DNA of 64,000 nt from the NCBI RefSeq assembly GCF_030144855.1, contig NC_082710.1, forward strand, positions 183,520,001 through 183,584,000, in the 5' to 3' direction. Made by a program: the position numbers and the translations under genes. Of this stretch, positions 23,261 through 37,010 are shown piece after piece. Under the pieces are notes generated by a model that saw nothing but the letters and a program-made list of their open reading frames with translations, was not told the DNA's origin and did not search any database. This DNA is from Hypanus sabinus (lineage: Eukaryota). How positions within the stretch are numbered: the stretch's first letter is position 1; each line of letters opens with the position of its first letter.

Positions 23261-25214
23261 CAGGTGAGAAGGCGGGATCTTTAGGGGAGGGCTGGAATGG
23301 ATTTCCCCCAATAACTTACCAGTATTCACGTGATTGACATTTAGGTCAACCGATGATACTCGCCCTCAGTGCTCCCCGTTCCGTCAGTGTAGCCCCGTTT
23401 TTGGTGCTCTTTCGGTGCGATCCCTCCCCTTTCCCGGTGCTCACTCTCATCTCATGGTCCTGATATTTATTGCTTATTTACTTACTACGATTATTTTGCT
23501 TGTGTTTTTGTTTCTTTTCATTTACTGCGTATGCCTTCATGAAAATGAATCTCAGTGTTGTATATGGTGACATACACAATAAACTTACTTTTAACTTTGG
23601 ACGGCAGTGCCTCTGTGTTTTCTTAAAAGCTTGTGCAGATTTGGCATGTCAGCTAAAACTTGAAAGTAAATTTATTAAGTTCATATATGTCACTATATTG
23701 AGATTTGTTTTCTTGCTGGAATACACAGTAATTCCAAAAACCACACTTCCACTCAATGGAAGACTGCACCCAACAGGACGGACAAACAACCAATGTGCAA
23801 ACGCAAGAGACTGGAAAAAGAAGAAAGAACTTTGAAGAATAAATAGACCATAATGGGTCTTTTAAGAGACTCTTGGATGGGTACATGGAGCTTAGAAAAA
23901 TACAGGTAATTTCTAATGTACGTGTTCTGCACAGCTTTGTGGGCCAAAGGGCTTGTATTGTGCTGTAGGTTTTCTATGTTTCTATGTAAATATCAAGCCA
24001 TGGGATGAAGTGAGCCCATAGTTTGTGGGAACAGTTCAGTGTTGGAGCGGGTGAAGCTGTCCCATCTGGTTCAAGAGCCTGCTGGTTGAGGGGTAATAAC
24101 TGTCCTGAACCAGGTGCACATTGGAGAGTGGCCTCACTGGATGCAAACACCAGGAACGCCAAACATAAACGTCTACAAAGCAGCTCAGTCCATCACTAAC
24201 AAGGCAGAGCCTTCCTCACCACTAAGCACACATCTCCAAGGAGTCCTGCTTCCATCATCAGGCCTTGCTGCTACCACCAGAAGCAGGTACAGGAGTCTTA
24301 CCCCTCAACCATCCGGATTCTGAACTAGAGGGAATAACTTCACACAGCACAACTCTGAACTAATTCCAAAACCTATGGACTCTCTTTCAGGATCTCTACA
24401 ATGCAAGTCTCACTATTGAATTGAACTGAATCAGGTTATTATCACTGGCAGGTGATATGAAATTTGTTAACTTAGCAGCAGCAGTTCAATGCAATATATA
24501 ATCTAGTAGAGAGAAAAAACAATAGTAACATATAAAATAAAAATAATAAACAAGTAAATCAATTACAGTATATGTATATTAAAAAAACATGCAAAACCAG
24601 AAATACTGTATATTAAAAAAACAGTACCCAGCTGTCCTGGATACTTTGTAGGCTAGTATCCAAGATGGAGCTGACTAGATTTACAACCTTCTGCAGCTTC
24701 TTTCGGTCCTGTACAATAGCCCCTCCACACCAGACAGTGATGCAGCCTGTCAGGATGCTCTCCATGGTACAACTATAGCTTTTGAGTGTATTGGTTGACA
24801 TCCCAAAAACTCGTAATATAGCCGCTGTTTTACCTTCTTTCTGACTACATCGATATGTTGGGACCAGGTTAGATCCTCAGAGATCATGACACCCAGGAAC
24901 TTGAAGCTGCACACTCTCTCCACTTCTGATCCCTCTCTGAGGATTGAAATGTGTTTCTTCGTCTTGCCCCTCCTGAAGTCCACAATCAGCTCTTCCGTCT
25001 CTTACTGACGCTGAGTGCGGGGTTGAATGCTACTTTATTACTTACATCCTTCATATACATGAGGAGTAAAAAATCTTTACCTTACGTCTCCATCTAAATG
25101 TGCAATCATAGTAATTTATAATAATAATAATAAATAGAACAGTCAACGTAACATAGAAATAAACTCAAATCAGTAAAGGGCTGCTACCCGACAGCATGAC
25201 GATGGCTGCTGGTT

Positions 25215-25680
25215 GAGAGCAACATGCTGGAGGAACACAGCAGGTCAGATAGCATCTATGGAAAAGAGCACAGTTGTTGTTTTGGGCTGAGACCCTTCGG
25301 CAGGCGGTACTCTTTTCCATGGACGCTGCCTGACCTGCTGAGGGCCTCCAGCAGGTTGTGTGTGTTGCTTGGATCTCCAGCATCTGCAGATTTTTTGCTA
25401 GTTCAAGCTAACAGGTGGGGGGGGGGAGGGTTGAAGTAAGAAGCTGGGAGGTGATAGGTGGAAGAGGTAAAGGGCTGAAGAATAAGGAATCTGATAGGAG
25501 AGGAGAGTGGACCATGGGAGAAAGGGAAGAAGGTGATAGGCAAGTGAGAAGAAGAGGCAAGGGGCCAGAGTGGGAATAGAAGAAGAGGGAAGGGAGAGGA
25601 GGTAAAACAGCTGGTTGGAGAAATCGATGGCCATGTCATAAGGTTGCAGACTAGACGGAATATAAGCTGTTGCTTGTTCT
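25215..25680. mobile_element. Penelope tail fold-back plus 3' fragment
   Basis: Two inverted pLTR tails at 25215-25400, followed by the minus-strand polypurine UTR and endonuclease end. Confidence 0.7.
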
Positions 25681-26169
25681 TCATGATGGTTCTGTGAACA
25701 GCTTTGACATTGATTGTGATACACCTGTCAATAAATCAGCTGTAAACTAAATCCTTCTGAATGTTCCTCCATGCTGGATAATCTGGAAAGTTTGAAGTAA
25801 ATTATTATCACCATATATTACCTTGAGAGTTTATTTTCCTGCAGGCATTTACAGTAGAACAAAGACAAACAATAGAATTAATGAAAAACTGCACAAACAA
25901 AAGTTGACAAACAACCAATGTGGGAAAAGTAAACAAACTGCAAATAAAAAAATAAGTAAATTTACCAAGACAGGTGTGTGAGAGGATCATTGGGACCCGA
26001 GTCACCCCAACCACAAACTGTTCCAGCTGCCACCATCCGGGAAATGGTACCGCAGCATAAAAGCCAGGACCAACAGGCTCCGAGACAGTCTGGCCATTTT
26101 CCTCCGACCTCTCTCTTTTCACCCACAGGACTGCCTGTCACTGGGTGTTTTTTTCTTATTTCTCGCACC

Positions 26170-27212
26170 AGCCTCGGGACCAGTACATTGGGCTAATGGC
26201 TGCCACATTTAGCCCAAATTTCATGGAAGTAGTAAAAAAAGGCATAAAAATGACAAACTAAATAACAATCTGCATATTTAAATGAAATACACAGAACACT
26301 ACCAATAATACTACATTGCTGTATGACACCTTCAGGAAATACTTTTGACAATACCATCTTCCAAATCTGCATTTTCATTGCAACCTTCGAGATGATTGTT
26401 ATTGCCTTCAAATTATTCATAGTTTCTAACTGATTGAAGTAGTGAAATAATTTCATTCTCACCCTGGGCTTTTTCCCGGCATCTCCAAACCTGAATGCTT
26501 GAAACGTCAGTAAAACAGATCTGAATTGTCTAGCTCCTTATTTCTTGCCAGCTATCAAAAATCACTGCTGTTTGAACACAAACGCAGATAACTGTCACTA
26601 TCTGTTTGTCAAAACATGGTGTCGTTTCTTACAATCACAAAAGTGCATGCGACTGATACTAGTTAGAACTTGTTTAGCAAAAGTCTCCTAACCTAATTAA
26701 TTGGCACCATCTCCCAAGTAAACAAAAGGAATCTCAGCAATTTTCCCATTTAGTGACCATCAGAAGAAGGAAGGGTAGAGGAGAGCAGCTGTGGCTTCCC
26801 CTTTCACAATAATAACTTGATTTTGAGTACTGTGGGGGGGGGGGCGTGGAAACAGCCTACCCAGGGAAAGCAAGAGGTTGTACCTCTGGCTCAGGAGGGT
26901 AGGGAATGGAAGAGTGATAGGGAACTCTATAGTTAGGAGGACAGATAGGCGATTCTGTGGATGCGAAGAAAAATATGGATGTTACAAGATGTTACTAGTT
27001 TTTTTTAAGCCCTTAACTCAGACTGGAGTCACCGGAATGCGGTCGTGACAGTGTTTTTTAGCAGGCTTACTTGTTTTTATGAGGTCGAATTGCTAGCTCG
27101 ACGCTCAACCTCAGCACGGAAGGAAAGCGTGCAAGGCAGCCGGCTCACATGTTCTTGTTACCATTCAGCTCTCAAGATCAACTAATGGCCCCAATTACTG
27201 GAACCCACTGTA
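26170..27212. mobile_element. Probable non-autonomous pogo/Tigger-like element remnant (related fragment at about 8140-8500)
   Basis: Shared block gggaccagtacatt...tttcatggaa.tagt.aaaaaag with 8160-8240; ends cccaattactggaacccactgTA. Confidence 0.4.
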
Positions 27213-27334
27213 CTTCCTTCTCTTAGCGTTATAAATAGTCATTTTTTAAATCCAAACAATCATGATATTAAAGGAAATACAAAAGTTCACCAATATAGCA
27301 ACCAGTTCACAACAATGTGGATGGACGCTGTTGG

Positions 27335-27852
27335 CTAGCTGTTAAGCGGACAAATGATCAGACCTGGTTGACTCCATCCAGGTGAGAAGAATGGGTAGAC
27401 TTTGCCTGAGAAACTGGCATTGAACGTGTAGAGGTGGAACATAGTGTCAGCATCGTAGAAGGACAACTTCCCAGCCCCCAGGTCCAGAAACACAGCAATC
27501 TTTGTCGGCCTCGTTTCTATTGACATGCTGGAGTGATTCTTATCGCTGACTGTGTAGGCATCTCCATCTCGACCAAAGGTCCAGAAGCCATTGCTGGTGG
27601 ACAGGTTGGGCATGCCTTTCCGCTGGATCGTTTCAAGGACCACACCGATGTCCCAGTAGCTCTTCGAGGCGACTTCAACCACCCAGAAGTGGGCACCCTT
27701 CATAAAACCCTCCATCCCCAGCACATACAGAGCAGAGTCAAATCGCTCTGGGACGTCTGGAACAGTCGAGGGTGCTCCAGTCTTCGCACTGATCGCTGTT
27801 GAAGACACCTCCAGACATGCATTAGCGGTATTCGGATCTGGACGCACAACAA
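27335..27852 (-). CDS. Butyrophilin-like protein, terminal B30.2 (PRY/SPRY) exon
   Basis: ttgttctctcctAG| phase 1; VVRPDPNTA...PERFD...VLG.EGF..G.HFWVVEV...WDIGV...GFW...KIAVFLDLGAGKLSFYDA...HLYTF...FSGKVYPFFSPG, ending in TAG at 27337-27335; open throughout. Confidence 0.95.
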
Positions 27853-28559
27853 CTAGGAGAGAACAAATTAATGGAAGGTCACTTCTATTCAACCCCTTGT
27901 TCCACCATCCACTTAAACCCACTGCTCTTCTTCCTTTAACCATCTTCAGAAAGAGTTTAGCCTTATTTGTCATAGAGTCATAGAAGGAGGCCCCTCCATC
28001 CATCTATATCATATACACCTGGACCATAGCACACCATACTCCTCCTGTCCATGTACCCAACCAAACTTCTCTTTAACACTGAAATCAACCCCTTACACAG
28101 GCAGCTCATTCCACTCTCACCACCTCCTGAGTGATGAACCACCTCCTTAAACATTTCACCATTCACCTTTCACCCATGACCTCTAATGTAGATGCAGCCA
28201 ACATCAGTTTCCAGGAATTATGGATCTGCATTCCCAGATCCCCCAGTTCTACCGCACTCCTCAGTGTCCCAACGCTCACAGTGCAGATCCTCCCAAAGGA
28301 CAACACCTCACACATCTACATTAAATTCCATCCCCATCTTTCCAGCTGATCCAGATCCAACTGCAAGCGCCATCTTCCTCGCTGCCCACCACACCCTCAT
28401 CTTGATGTCACCCGCAAAGCTGTTGATTCAGTTTACTACTTCATCATCCAGATTGTCTGTGTAGATCGAAAATCAACACTGGCACACCTCAACGATCAGA
28501 AAAGATTTGGCAAGTGTGCACTAGGACAGGCTGTTTTCTGGCAAAGGTGTTCTTGCTAA

Positions 28560-29320
28560 GTGGGAGGTAAAATTTTGAGAGTACATAGTTTGTATGTTCC
28601 TGTCAGAATAAAAGGCAAGGATAACAGATTTAGAGAACATTGGTTTTCGAGAGATATTGAGGCCCAGGTTAAGAGAAAGGAAGTGCTTTGCTGGTATAGG
28701 CAGGTAGGAACAAATGAGGTACTTGAGGAGTATAAGAAATGCACAAGAACACTTACGAAGGAAATCGGGGGGACTAAAAGAAGAGATGAGGTTGCTCCGG
28801 CAGACAAGGTGAAGGAGAATCCTAAGGGCTTCTACAGATTACTAGGATAGCAGCAGACAAAACTGCTCCTTTGGAAGACCAGAGTGGTCATCTACGTATG
28901 GAGCTGGAAGAGATTGGTGGGGGGAGAACCTGAAATGGGGTTTTTTTTGCCCCTGTGTTTACTTGGGAGTCAGGCACAGGGTCTATAGAAGTGAGGCAAT
29001 GCAGCAGCGAGGTCATGAACACTCTACAGATTATAGAGGAGGTGTTTCTGTCTTGAAGCAATTTAAGGTAGATAAATGCCCAGGGCCTGACAGGGTGTTC
29101 CCTCAGACACTATGGGAGACTAGTGCAGGATCTACAAGAACCTTAGCAGAGATAATTAAAACACCTTAAGCCATGGGAGAGGTGCTGTGGGATTGGAAGA
29201 CAGCTAATGTTGTTCTGTTCTATAAGAAAAGCTCCAAGAGTAAGCCAGGAAATTACAGGCCAGTGAGTCTGACATCAATAGTGGGACGGGTAGCAATCTG
29301 GAGGTTGCAATCCTGGAGAT
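28560..29320 (+). mobile_element. CR1 ORF2 linker fragment
   Basis: KVKENPKGFY, VDKCPGPDRVFPQTL, nRPVSLTS. Confidence 0.75.
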
Positions 29321-30485
29321 CCTGTCCTTTAATTTAGCACCTAACTCTGAACTCAACCCTACCAATGTGGACAACGACCTCTGGCTGCCCACTCCCCCAT
29401 GCAAGCATGTCGTTGACTTCATCCGAGCTGTCCCTGACCCTGGCACCCAGGAGGCAACATACCATCCAGGAATCTCCTTCTCATTCACAAAACCTCCTTT
29501 CTGTCCTCCTAACCAATGAATCCCCTATCAACACAGGTTGCCTCTTCTCCCCTCTTCCCCTCTGAACCACAGAGCCAAAATCAGTGCCAGACACCTGACT
29601 GCGGTGACTTTCCTCTGCTAGGTCATTCCTCCCCCCTCCAACAGATACCCGTGGTTGAGGACATCGGCCACAGAGGTACTCTACACTGGCTGCCTAATCC
29701 TTTAGTGACGGTCACCTACTTCTCTGTGTCCTGCACCTTGGGTGTCTCACCTATCACCCACTCAGCCTCCCGAATGATCTGGAGTTCATCCAGTTCCGGC
29801 TCCAACTCCTTAACGTGGTTTGTTAGAAGCTGCGGCTGGATGTACATCTCACAGTTGCAGTCATCAGGGACACTGGAGGTCTCCCTGCCTTCCCAGATCC
29901 CACAAGAGGGGTATTCCAGTACCCTGCCTGACAGAGTAAATAATGAAAAAGAACTACCTCCCCTCACCAGCCTTGCTGAGCCAAAGCCTCAAGTGACTCA
30001 AACACTGACCCACTCACACAATGGCCACTCCACTTAAACCTAGCTTCTTTTTATTGGACCTTGCCAAGTGCCTAATTACAAGCAATCCAATGTCTCCTCG
30101 GGAACCATGGCGGAGTGTGGGAGGAAACTACAACATCCAGAGGGAACGCAGAGAGCCTTACAGACAGCAGCAGCAGGGATTGAACTGGGACGCTGGCACT
30201 GTAAGACATTTCACTAACTGCTACCCTTGACAAAGTCTATCGGTCCAGACCCTATATCCTCCAGTCAATTCCACCTTCTGGGGTTGGAGCTTCCCGAAAT
30301 TCACTGCCTTCCACACGAGGAAGCCTCAGAACTCAGACTGACTCTTTAACCTGCCACGGTGCCAGTTCTATCAACCAGGGGAAAGCTGAGTCTACACCAC
30401 TGGCATATGTTGTAAAATTTGTTTTTCTGTGGCAGCAGTACATTGCAATGCATAATAATAAAACCTGTAAATTACAATAAGCATA

Positions 30486-31143
30486 TGTGTTGCCTTTTTG
30501 GCAGTTATTTAGTTTATAATATTTTCACTTAGTAATTCATTTGTTAGTATTTTCTAGTTAGAAAGTGTTTAAAGTATATTCATTGCCTGTAAAATATATC
30601 GGCATGCGATGACGTCACATCCGGTTTCACCGCGTCTTGTGGGAAAATACCGGTTTGGGATCAACGCGAGGGCGGGGGGCTCGCACGAGGCAGACCCGAG
30701 CAAGAAGTTGTTTGTAAGCATTAGAAATCACAGTGAGAGCAACGCTGTAAGTTAATAGATAATCGATATGTTGAATTAAAATGTTAATGCCGATCCTGTT
30801 AAAAGTAACGTCGGTCGATAATGTTTATGTTTTCCTTAGTTAAAGAGTTGCAGATAGTTTGTGTTGAAGTGTATTTAAAGCGGTCCATGGCGCAGGCTGT
30901 AAGCTGCACTTTAATGCAATGTAGTTGTAGTTTACTTTTACAAGTATTTACAATGTAAATGTGATATCAAGAAGGGAACAAATACTGTATCAATCTTGTA
31001 TTGTTTTATCAACAGTTTTCACCATATGTTAATGTGAAGAGTGAACAGTAAATGGTTAATCTTACTGCGACCTTGTTTCATTGACTACGGTTTATCTCAG
31101 CGTTTAATTCGACGTTTCATTACACCCGAGCGAGAACGCTACA
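30486..31143. mobile_element. Probable solo LTR (658 bp)
   Basis: TG...CGCTACA termini; GCATA directly repeated at 30481-30485 and 31144-31148; interrupts a LINE tail. Confidence 0.65.
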
Positions 31144-32203
31144 GCATATATAAATTAAATAGTGCAAATAGAGAGGGAACATTACTGAAGTAGGTTCACT
31201 GTCCATTCAGATATCTAATGTTGCTGGGAAGAAGCTATTCCTGAAACATTGAGTGTGTACCTCCTCCCTGATGGGGGCAGTGAGAAGAGGGCCTGTCCTG
31301 GGTGATGGGAGTCCTTAATGACGAATGCCGCTTTTTTGAGGCATCGCCTTTTGAAGATGCCCTCAATCCTGGGGAGGCTACTGCCCACGATGGAGCTGGC
31401 TGAGTTAACAATTTCCCGAATCCTGTTCAATGACGGAACCAGTTAGAGTGCTCTCCAAGGTACATCTGTAGTCATTTGTGAGTGCTTTACTGTGTAAAAC
31501 CTGCACAGTGAATGGTAGGACATTCCTCTCTGTTCTAAACTTATTCTTGTGTGCGTCGGTCATGTACTGCAGGAAGTGAATCTCAAGGTGGTCTACGGTA
31601 ACACATATCCACTTTTGATAATAAATTTGAAGTTTGAATTTTGCCATTCCTCAAATGTCACCATGCCCCAGTCAGCTCAACTTGCTAATCCCTGCACAAG
31701 AAACCTGTGCACAAAGATTCAAACCAGTACCGCCCAGGTGGTGCGGGGGGAATGATACATTGAACAGTACAGCACAATACTGTACTGATATTCTAACCTA
31801 CCCTGAGGTCAATCTAATCCTTCCCTCCCTCCCACACAACCCTCCATTTTCCTATCATCTAACAGTTTCTCAAAACACCCCGAATGTACCTGCTTCCACC
31901 GTGCTCTGTACCTGGCAGGGAGTTCCGTGCGCCCGGCACTCTGTGTAAGAAACCTACCAGATGTTACCATCCACCACCTTGAGATCAGTTACTTTCCAGC
32001 ACTTACTTAATAAAGAAAACTCACAGAATTCATGACAAACTACCTGACTGATCTGAAGGCAACACACCTCCCTGTAATCAAAGGTACTGGAGGATAAAGG
32101 GCATCCTGCCAGCATTGCTCCGACACCAGGAGTTGATGTCTCAGTACGAGGGAAAGATCAGTGGCAGGTTTGACAAGTGCACTTCATTCCCTAGTGGTCT
32201 TAC

Positions 32204-32230
32204 CTGCATGACTGTACATCCTGTCCCATT
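32204..32230 (-). CDS. BTN-like microexon 10 (27 nt): (E)WDRMYSHA
   Basis: tatttctttttccAG|27 nt|GTaaga; resembles the W-containing pre-PRY exon of BTN/TRIM genes and joins the B30.2 exon as HA-V-VVRPDPNTA. Confidence 0.9.
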
Positions 32231-33289
32231 CTGGAAAAAGAAATAGAAGACATGAAGCACAAAGAATTAAACAGAACAACTAACATCCCACTTCCAAAGA
32301 GCTACAGATCTGTGAGCAATCATAGTTCATCCTAATTTCAGTAAGGTCAAAATTAGGAAAATAGCCAGTTCCCTCATGGTGAGGTTTAAAGTTCAAACTA
32401 CATTTATAATCAAGGTATGCATTTGGCATACAACCCTGAAATTTGTCTCCTCGCAGACAGCCACGAAACAAAGAAACACCATGGAACCCGACCAAACAAA
32501 ACATCAGACACCCAACACAAAAAAAATCATGCAAACGGCAGACAATGGGCAAAAACCACAGAATATAAAACATCAAACCACAGTCACTGAAATAGTCTAG
32601 GAATCTTCATTTAGCTCAGTTCAGTTCAATTTAGCACCGTGTCCACCGTTGAAGAGAGTCTTCAAGATTCAAGATTGTTTAATATCATTTCCAGTACACA
32701 AGTGTAAAGGAGAACAAAATTATTGGTACTCCGCATACAGTGCAGGTGCAGAAACCACACTAGGATAAAGATTATAATAATAGATGCTCTCTGACTTGCT
32801 GAGTTTCTCCATCATATTGCATATAAACCTCAGGATGATGGTCTCAAGATAACGGGCAGGTGGTTTAAGACTGGGAAAGGCCCTCAGACCGTAGGAAATC
32901 TTTGGGAAATCTCTTTCAAGCAAGTCGTGTAATCATAAGTCGGTGGGCTTATGATAGGAGAGACGGGGGTTATGGGGAACATGAATAAGGCCAGGATGAG
33001 AACGATGGGGAATGCAGGGAGGGTGGAATAGATATGAGACAATCTCACTGAAATTATTTTTACATGAAACTCAGGAGCCAGGAAGGCCACTGGAACCCTC
33101 CTGTGTTTGCCAGTCAATGAGATTACACCCCACCCCTTCTTTCCACCTGACTGTTTAATTTACGGTTCACAAATGTAAAGGAGAACAAAATAATTGTTAC
33201 TCCGGTTCCAACACAGCACAAAAAAAACACAACATAAAGAACACAATGACAATACTAAAACAACACAAAGAATACCTGTACATGAAATA

Positions 33290-33790
33290 GCTTAAATACT
33301 GTGCACAGATGATTGTATATAACCATATAACAATTACAGCACAGAAACAGGCCATCTCGGCCCTTCTAGTCCGTGCTGTACGGTTACTCTCACCTAGTCC
33401 CACTGGCCTGCACTCAGCCCATAACCCTCCTTTCCTCTCCTGTCCGTATACCTATCCAATTTTTTTTTTAATGACAATATTGAACCTGCCACTTCTACTG
33501 GAAGCTCATTCCACACAGCTACCATTCTCTGAGTAAAGAAATTCCCCCTCGTGTTACCCCTAAACTTTTGCCCCTTAACTCTCAACTCATGTCTTCTTGT
33601 TTGAATCTCCCCTACTCTCAATGGAAAAAGCCTATCTACATCAACTCTATCTATCCCCCTCATTATTTTAAATACCTCTATCAAGTCCCCCCTCAACCTT
33701 CTATGCTCCAAAGAATAAAGACCTAACTTGTTCAACCTTTCCCTGTAACTTAGGTGCTGAAACCCAGGTAACATTCTAGTAAATCTGAGT
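33290..33790 (-). mobile_element. Young CR1 3' end
   Basis: MLPGFQHLSYRERLNKLGLYSLEHRRLRGDLIEVFK; near-identical to 38090-38580. Confidence 0.88.
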
Positions 33791-34337
33791 TACAGGGTGG
33801 TGAGTGTGTGGAATGAGCTGCCAGCGGGAGTGCTGGATACGGGTTCAATTTCAACATTTAAATGAAATTCGGATAGGTACAGGAATGGGAGGGGCATGGA
33901 ATGCTGTGGTCTGAGTGCAGGTCAGTGAGACTAGTCAGATTAATAGTCTACCATGGACTAGATGGGCCAAAGGGTCTCTTTCTGGGCTGTGGTGCTCTAT
34001 TTATTTTCTATCTTCCTTTCAATTTACTTCCTATTTACTGTGTGAGATGCTCGAAAATACTTTAATGTCACTGGAATCTCCCTCCCCGCTATCTGTGCCA
34101 TTTACTAGGAGTGTTGCAGGCAAAGAACCTGAAGCATTGTTGAGGATCCCCACCACCCGTCCCACAATCTCTCTGACCCATTGCCATCAGGAAGGAGGTA
34201 CAGAGCATCATAACTAGGAATGCCAGACTGCATTGACCAGATGGGCCGAAGGGCCGGTTTCTGTGTTCTTAGACTCTGTGGGTGAGAAATCAGGTTCATA
34301 ATTAATCCTGGCACATTCCTCCACCGGCCTGACGTAC

Positions 34338-34364
34338 CTGATTTGACAAGAGGTCTCCATTGTT
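34338..34364 (-). CDS. BTN-like microexon 9 (27 nt): (E)QWRPLVKS
   Basis: ctcttttcatttcAG|27 nt|GTacgt; phase 1-1. Confidence 0.83.
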
Positions 34365-35439
34365 CTGAAATGAAAAGAGAAAATTAATTCAAACATAAAA
34401 CTTAATTTTTCAATGAAATATTCCCAGTGATACCAAGTTATTTCAAAACCATTATAAAAAAATACACCCTCCACATTCGTCACCATAAATCCTCAATCTA
34501 ACTGGGGGGAAATTTGAAAGCGGTAAACAAAACAATGAGGGGTATAGATAGGGCAAACACAAACAGCTGTTCTCCTCGGAGGTTGGCTGTGGCAATGAAT
34601 AAAGGTCAGAGGTTAAGGGTGAAAGGTGAAATGCTTCAGGGGAAGGTGAGAGGAAATTTCTTCACTCAGAGGCTGGTGAGAGTGCAGAACAAGCTGCCAG
34701 CGCAAGTGGTGGATGTGATTTCAAATTCGGCGTCTAAGAGAAGTTTGGATAGGTACATGGATGGGAGGAGTATAGGTCCAGGTGCAGGTTAAAGTTCAAA
34801 TTTCAAAGTCAATTTTAATACGTATGTCGCCATACACAACCCTGAGATTCATTTTCTTGTAGGCATACTCAATAAATCTATAGAATAGTAACCATAACAG
34901 AATCAACAAAAAACTGCCTGACTTGGGCATTCAACCAGAGTGCAGAAAACAACAAACTGTGTAGATACAAAAATAAAAATTAATTATACTAAACAAATAA
35001 GCAATAAGTATTGAGAATGTAACACGCAGAGTCTTTGAAAGTGAGTTCATCGGTTGTCGGAACACTTCAATGACTTTGTAAGTGAAGTGGAATTAACCCC
35101 TTTTGAGACTAGGCAGTTTAAATGGTTCAGCACATATTAGATGGGCTGAAAGGCCCCTTTCCATCCTGTAGTTTTCTATGACTCTAACATTGCCCAGTTA
35201 ATTTTGCCATGACATCTTAGTGGATTTGAATCACACCAATTAGTGTAACACTTTACAGCACCAGAAATGAGCAACCAGGGTTCAATTCCCGCAGCTGTTA
35301 CGATTTTTTTCTGTAGTCCTGTGGCCGTGTGGGTCTCCTCTGGGTGCTCTGGTTTACTCCCAGCATGGAATACCTTTACAGCAGGCACTGTTGCAGGAAG
35401 GCAGCATCCATTATTAATTGGACTTCGAGCTCCCCACCA

Positions 35440-36150
35440 CTGAGCACACCTCCACAGAGCAGCATCCATCACCAAGGACACTGCTGCCATCAGGCAGGAG
35501 GTACAGGAGCCTCAGGGCTCACACCACCAGGTTCAGGGAGAGTTATTACCCCTCGACCAGCAGGAACCACCATCCAGGACACGCTCTCGTCTCACTGCTG
35601 CCACCATCAGGCAGGAGGTACAGGAGCCTCAGGACCCACACCACCAGGTTCAGGGAGAGTTATTACCCCTCGACCAGCAGGAACCACCATCCAGGACACG
35701 CTCTCGTCTCACTGCTGCCACCATCAAGCAGGAGGTACAGGAGCCTCAGGGCCCACACCACCAGGTTCAGAAACAGTTATTACCCCTCAGTCAGCAGGAA
35801 TCCCCACCACCCAGGCCATGCTCTCGTCTCACTACTGCCACCATCAGGCAGGAGGTACAGGAGCCTCAGGACCCACACCACCAGGTTCAGGGAGAGTTAT
35901 TACCCCTCGACCAGAAGGAACCACCATCCAGGACACGCTCTCGTCTCACTGCTGCCACCATCAAGCAGGAGGTACAGGAGCCTCAGGGCTCACACCACCA
36001 GGTTCAGGAACAGTTATTACCCCTCAGTCAGCAGGAAGCACCACCCAGGCCACGCAGTTGTCTCACTGCTGCCACCATCAGGCAGGAGGTACAGGAGCCT
36101 CAGGACTCTCACCACCAGGTTCAGGAACAGTTATTACCCCCTCAACTATT
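35440..36150 (+). repeat. Six tandem 117-bp (one 120-bp) copies of a LINE ORF2 C-terminal segment
   Basis: CA(G/A)GCAGGAGGTACAGG anchors at 35491, 35608, 35725, 35845, 35962 and 36079; peptide HHPGHALVSLLPPSGRRYRSLRTHTTRFRNSYYP. Confidence 0.92.
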
Positions 36151-36619
36151 AGGCTCCTGAACCAGAGGGGATAACCTCACCCACCCCATCACTGAGCTGT
36201 TCTCACAACCTATTGACTCACTATCAAGGACTCTGCATCTCATGTTCTCGATATTTATTGTTTATTTGTTTATTATTTGCACAGTTTGTTGTCTTTTGCA
36301 CGTTAGTTGGTTGTCCATTCTGTTGGGTGCGATCATTCACTGATTCTATTGTGTTCTTGGATTTATTGAGTATGCCCACAAGGAAATGAACCTCAGGGTT
36401 GTATATGGTGACATATATGTACTTTGATAATAAATTTACTTTGAACTCAAAGCTTTGGGCATGCAAATTGGCACCAGAAGCATGAAGACGCTTGTGGACT
36501 GCCCTAACACAATCCATGGACTGCACTGGATGATATTGATAAATGGCAGATTTCACTGGAATATGCGATGTAGAGTTCATCTTTAATTAACTTTTACTCA
36601 CTTGCTAGCACCCACTGGA

Positions 36620-37010
36620 ATTCAGAAGAATGAGGAGTGACCTCATTGAAACCTATCGAATGTTGAAAGGCCTCAATAGGGTGGATGAAGAGAGAATATT
36701 TCCTATGGTGGGAGAGTCTAAGACCAGAGGACACAACCTCAGAATAGAGGGAGACATCCACTTAGAACAGATGGAGAAGAATTTCTTTGGCTAGAGTGGT
36801 GAATCTGTGAAATTTACTGCCACCAACGACTGTGGAGTCATTGGGTATATTTAAAGCAGATATTTAAAGTATATTTAATTCATTTGTCAGGGCATGAAGG
36901 GATATGGAGAGAAGACAGGAGATTGGGGCTGATAGGCATGATGAAATGGCAGAACAGGCTTGATGGGCCAAATGGCCTAATTCTACTCCTACATCTTATG
37001 GTCTTATGCT
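36620..37010 (+). mobile_element. CR1 3' end
   Basis: Typical C-terminus and 3'UTR; similar pieces at about 37240-37660, 39960-40670, 46250-46690. Confidence 0.75.

Larger units (their letters stand above)
21730..23420. other. CpG island (promoter plus intron-1 minisatellite)
   Basis: Very high GC content and undecayed CpG density compared with the CpG-poor flanks. Confidence 0.85.

Noticed and set aside
35440-36150. Regularly spaced repeats superficially like a CRISPR array
   Set aside because: Contiguous tandem units without unique spacers, LINE-derived, in eukaryotic context with no cas genes.
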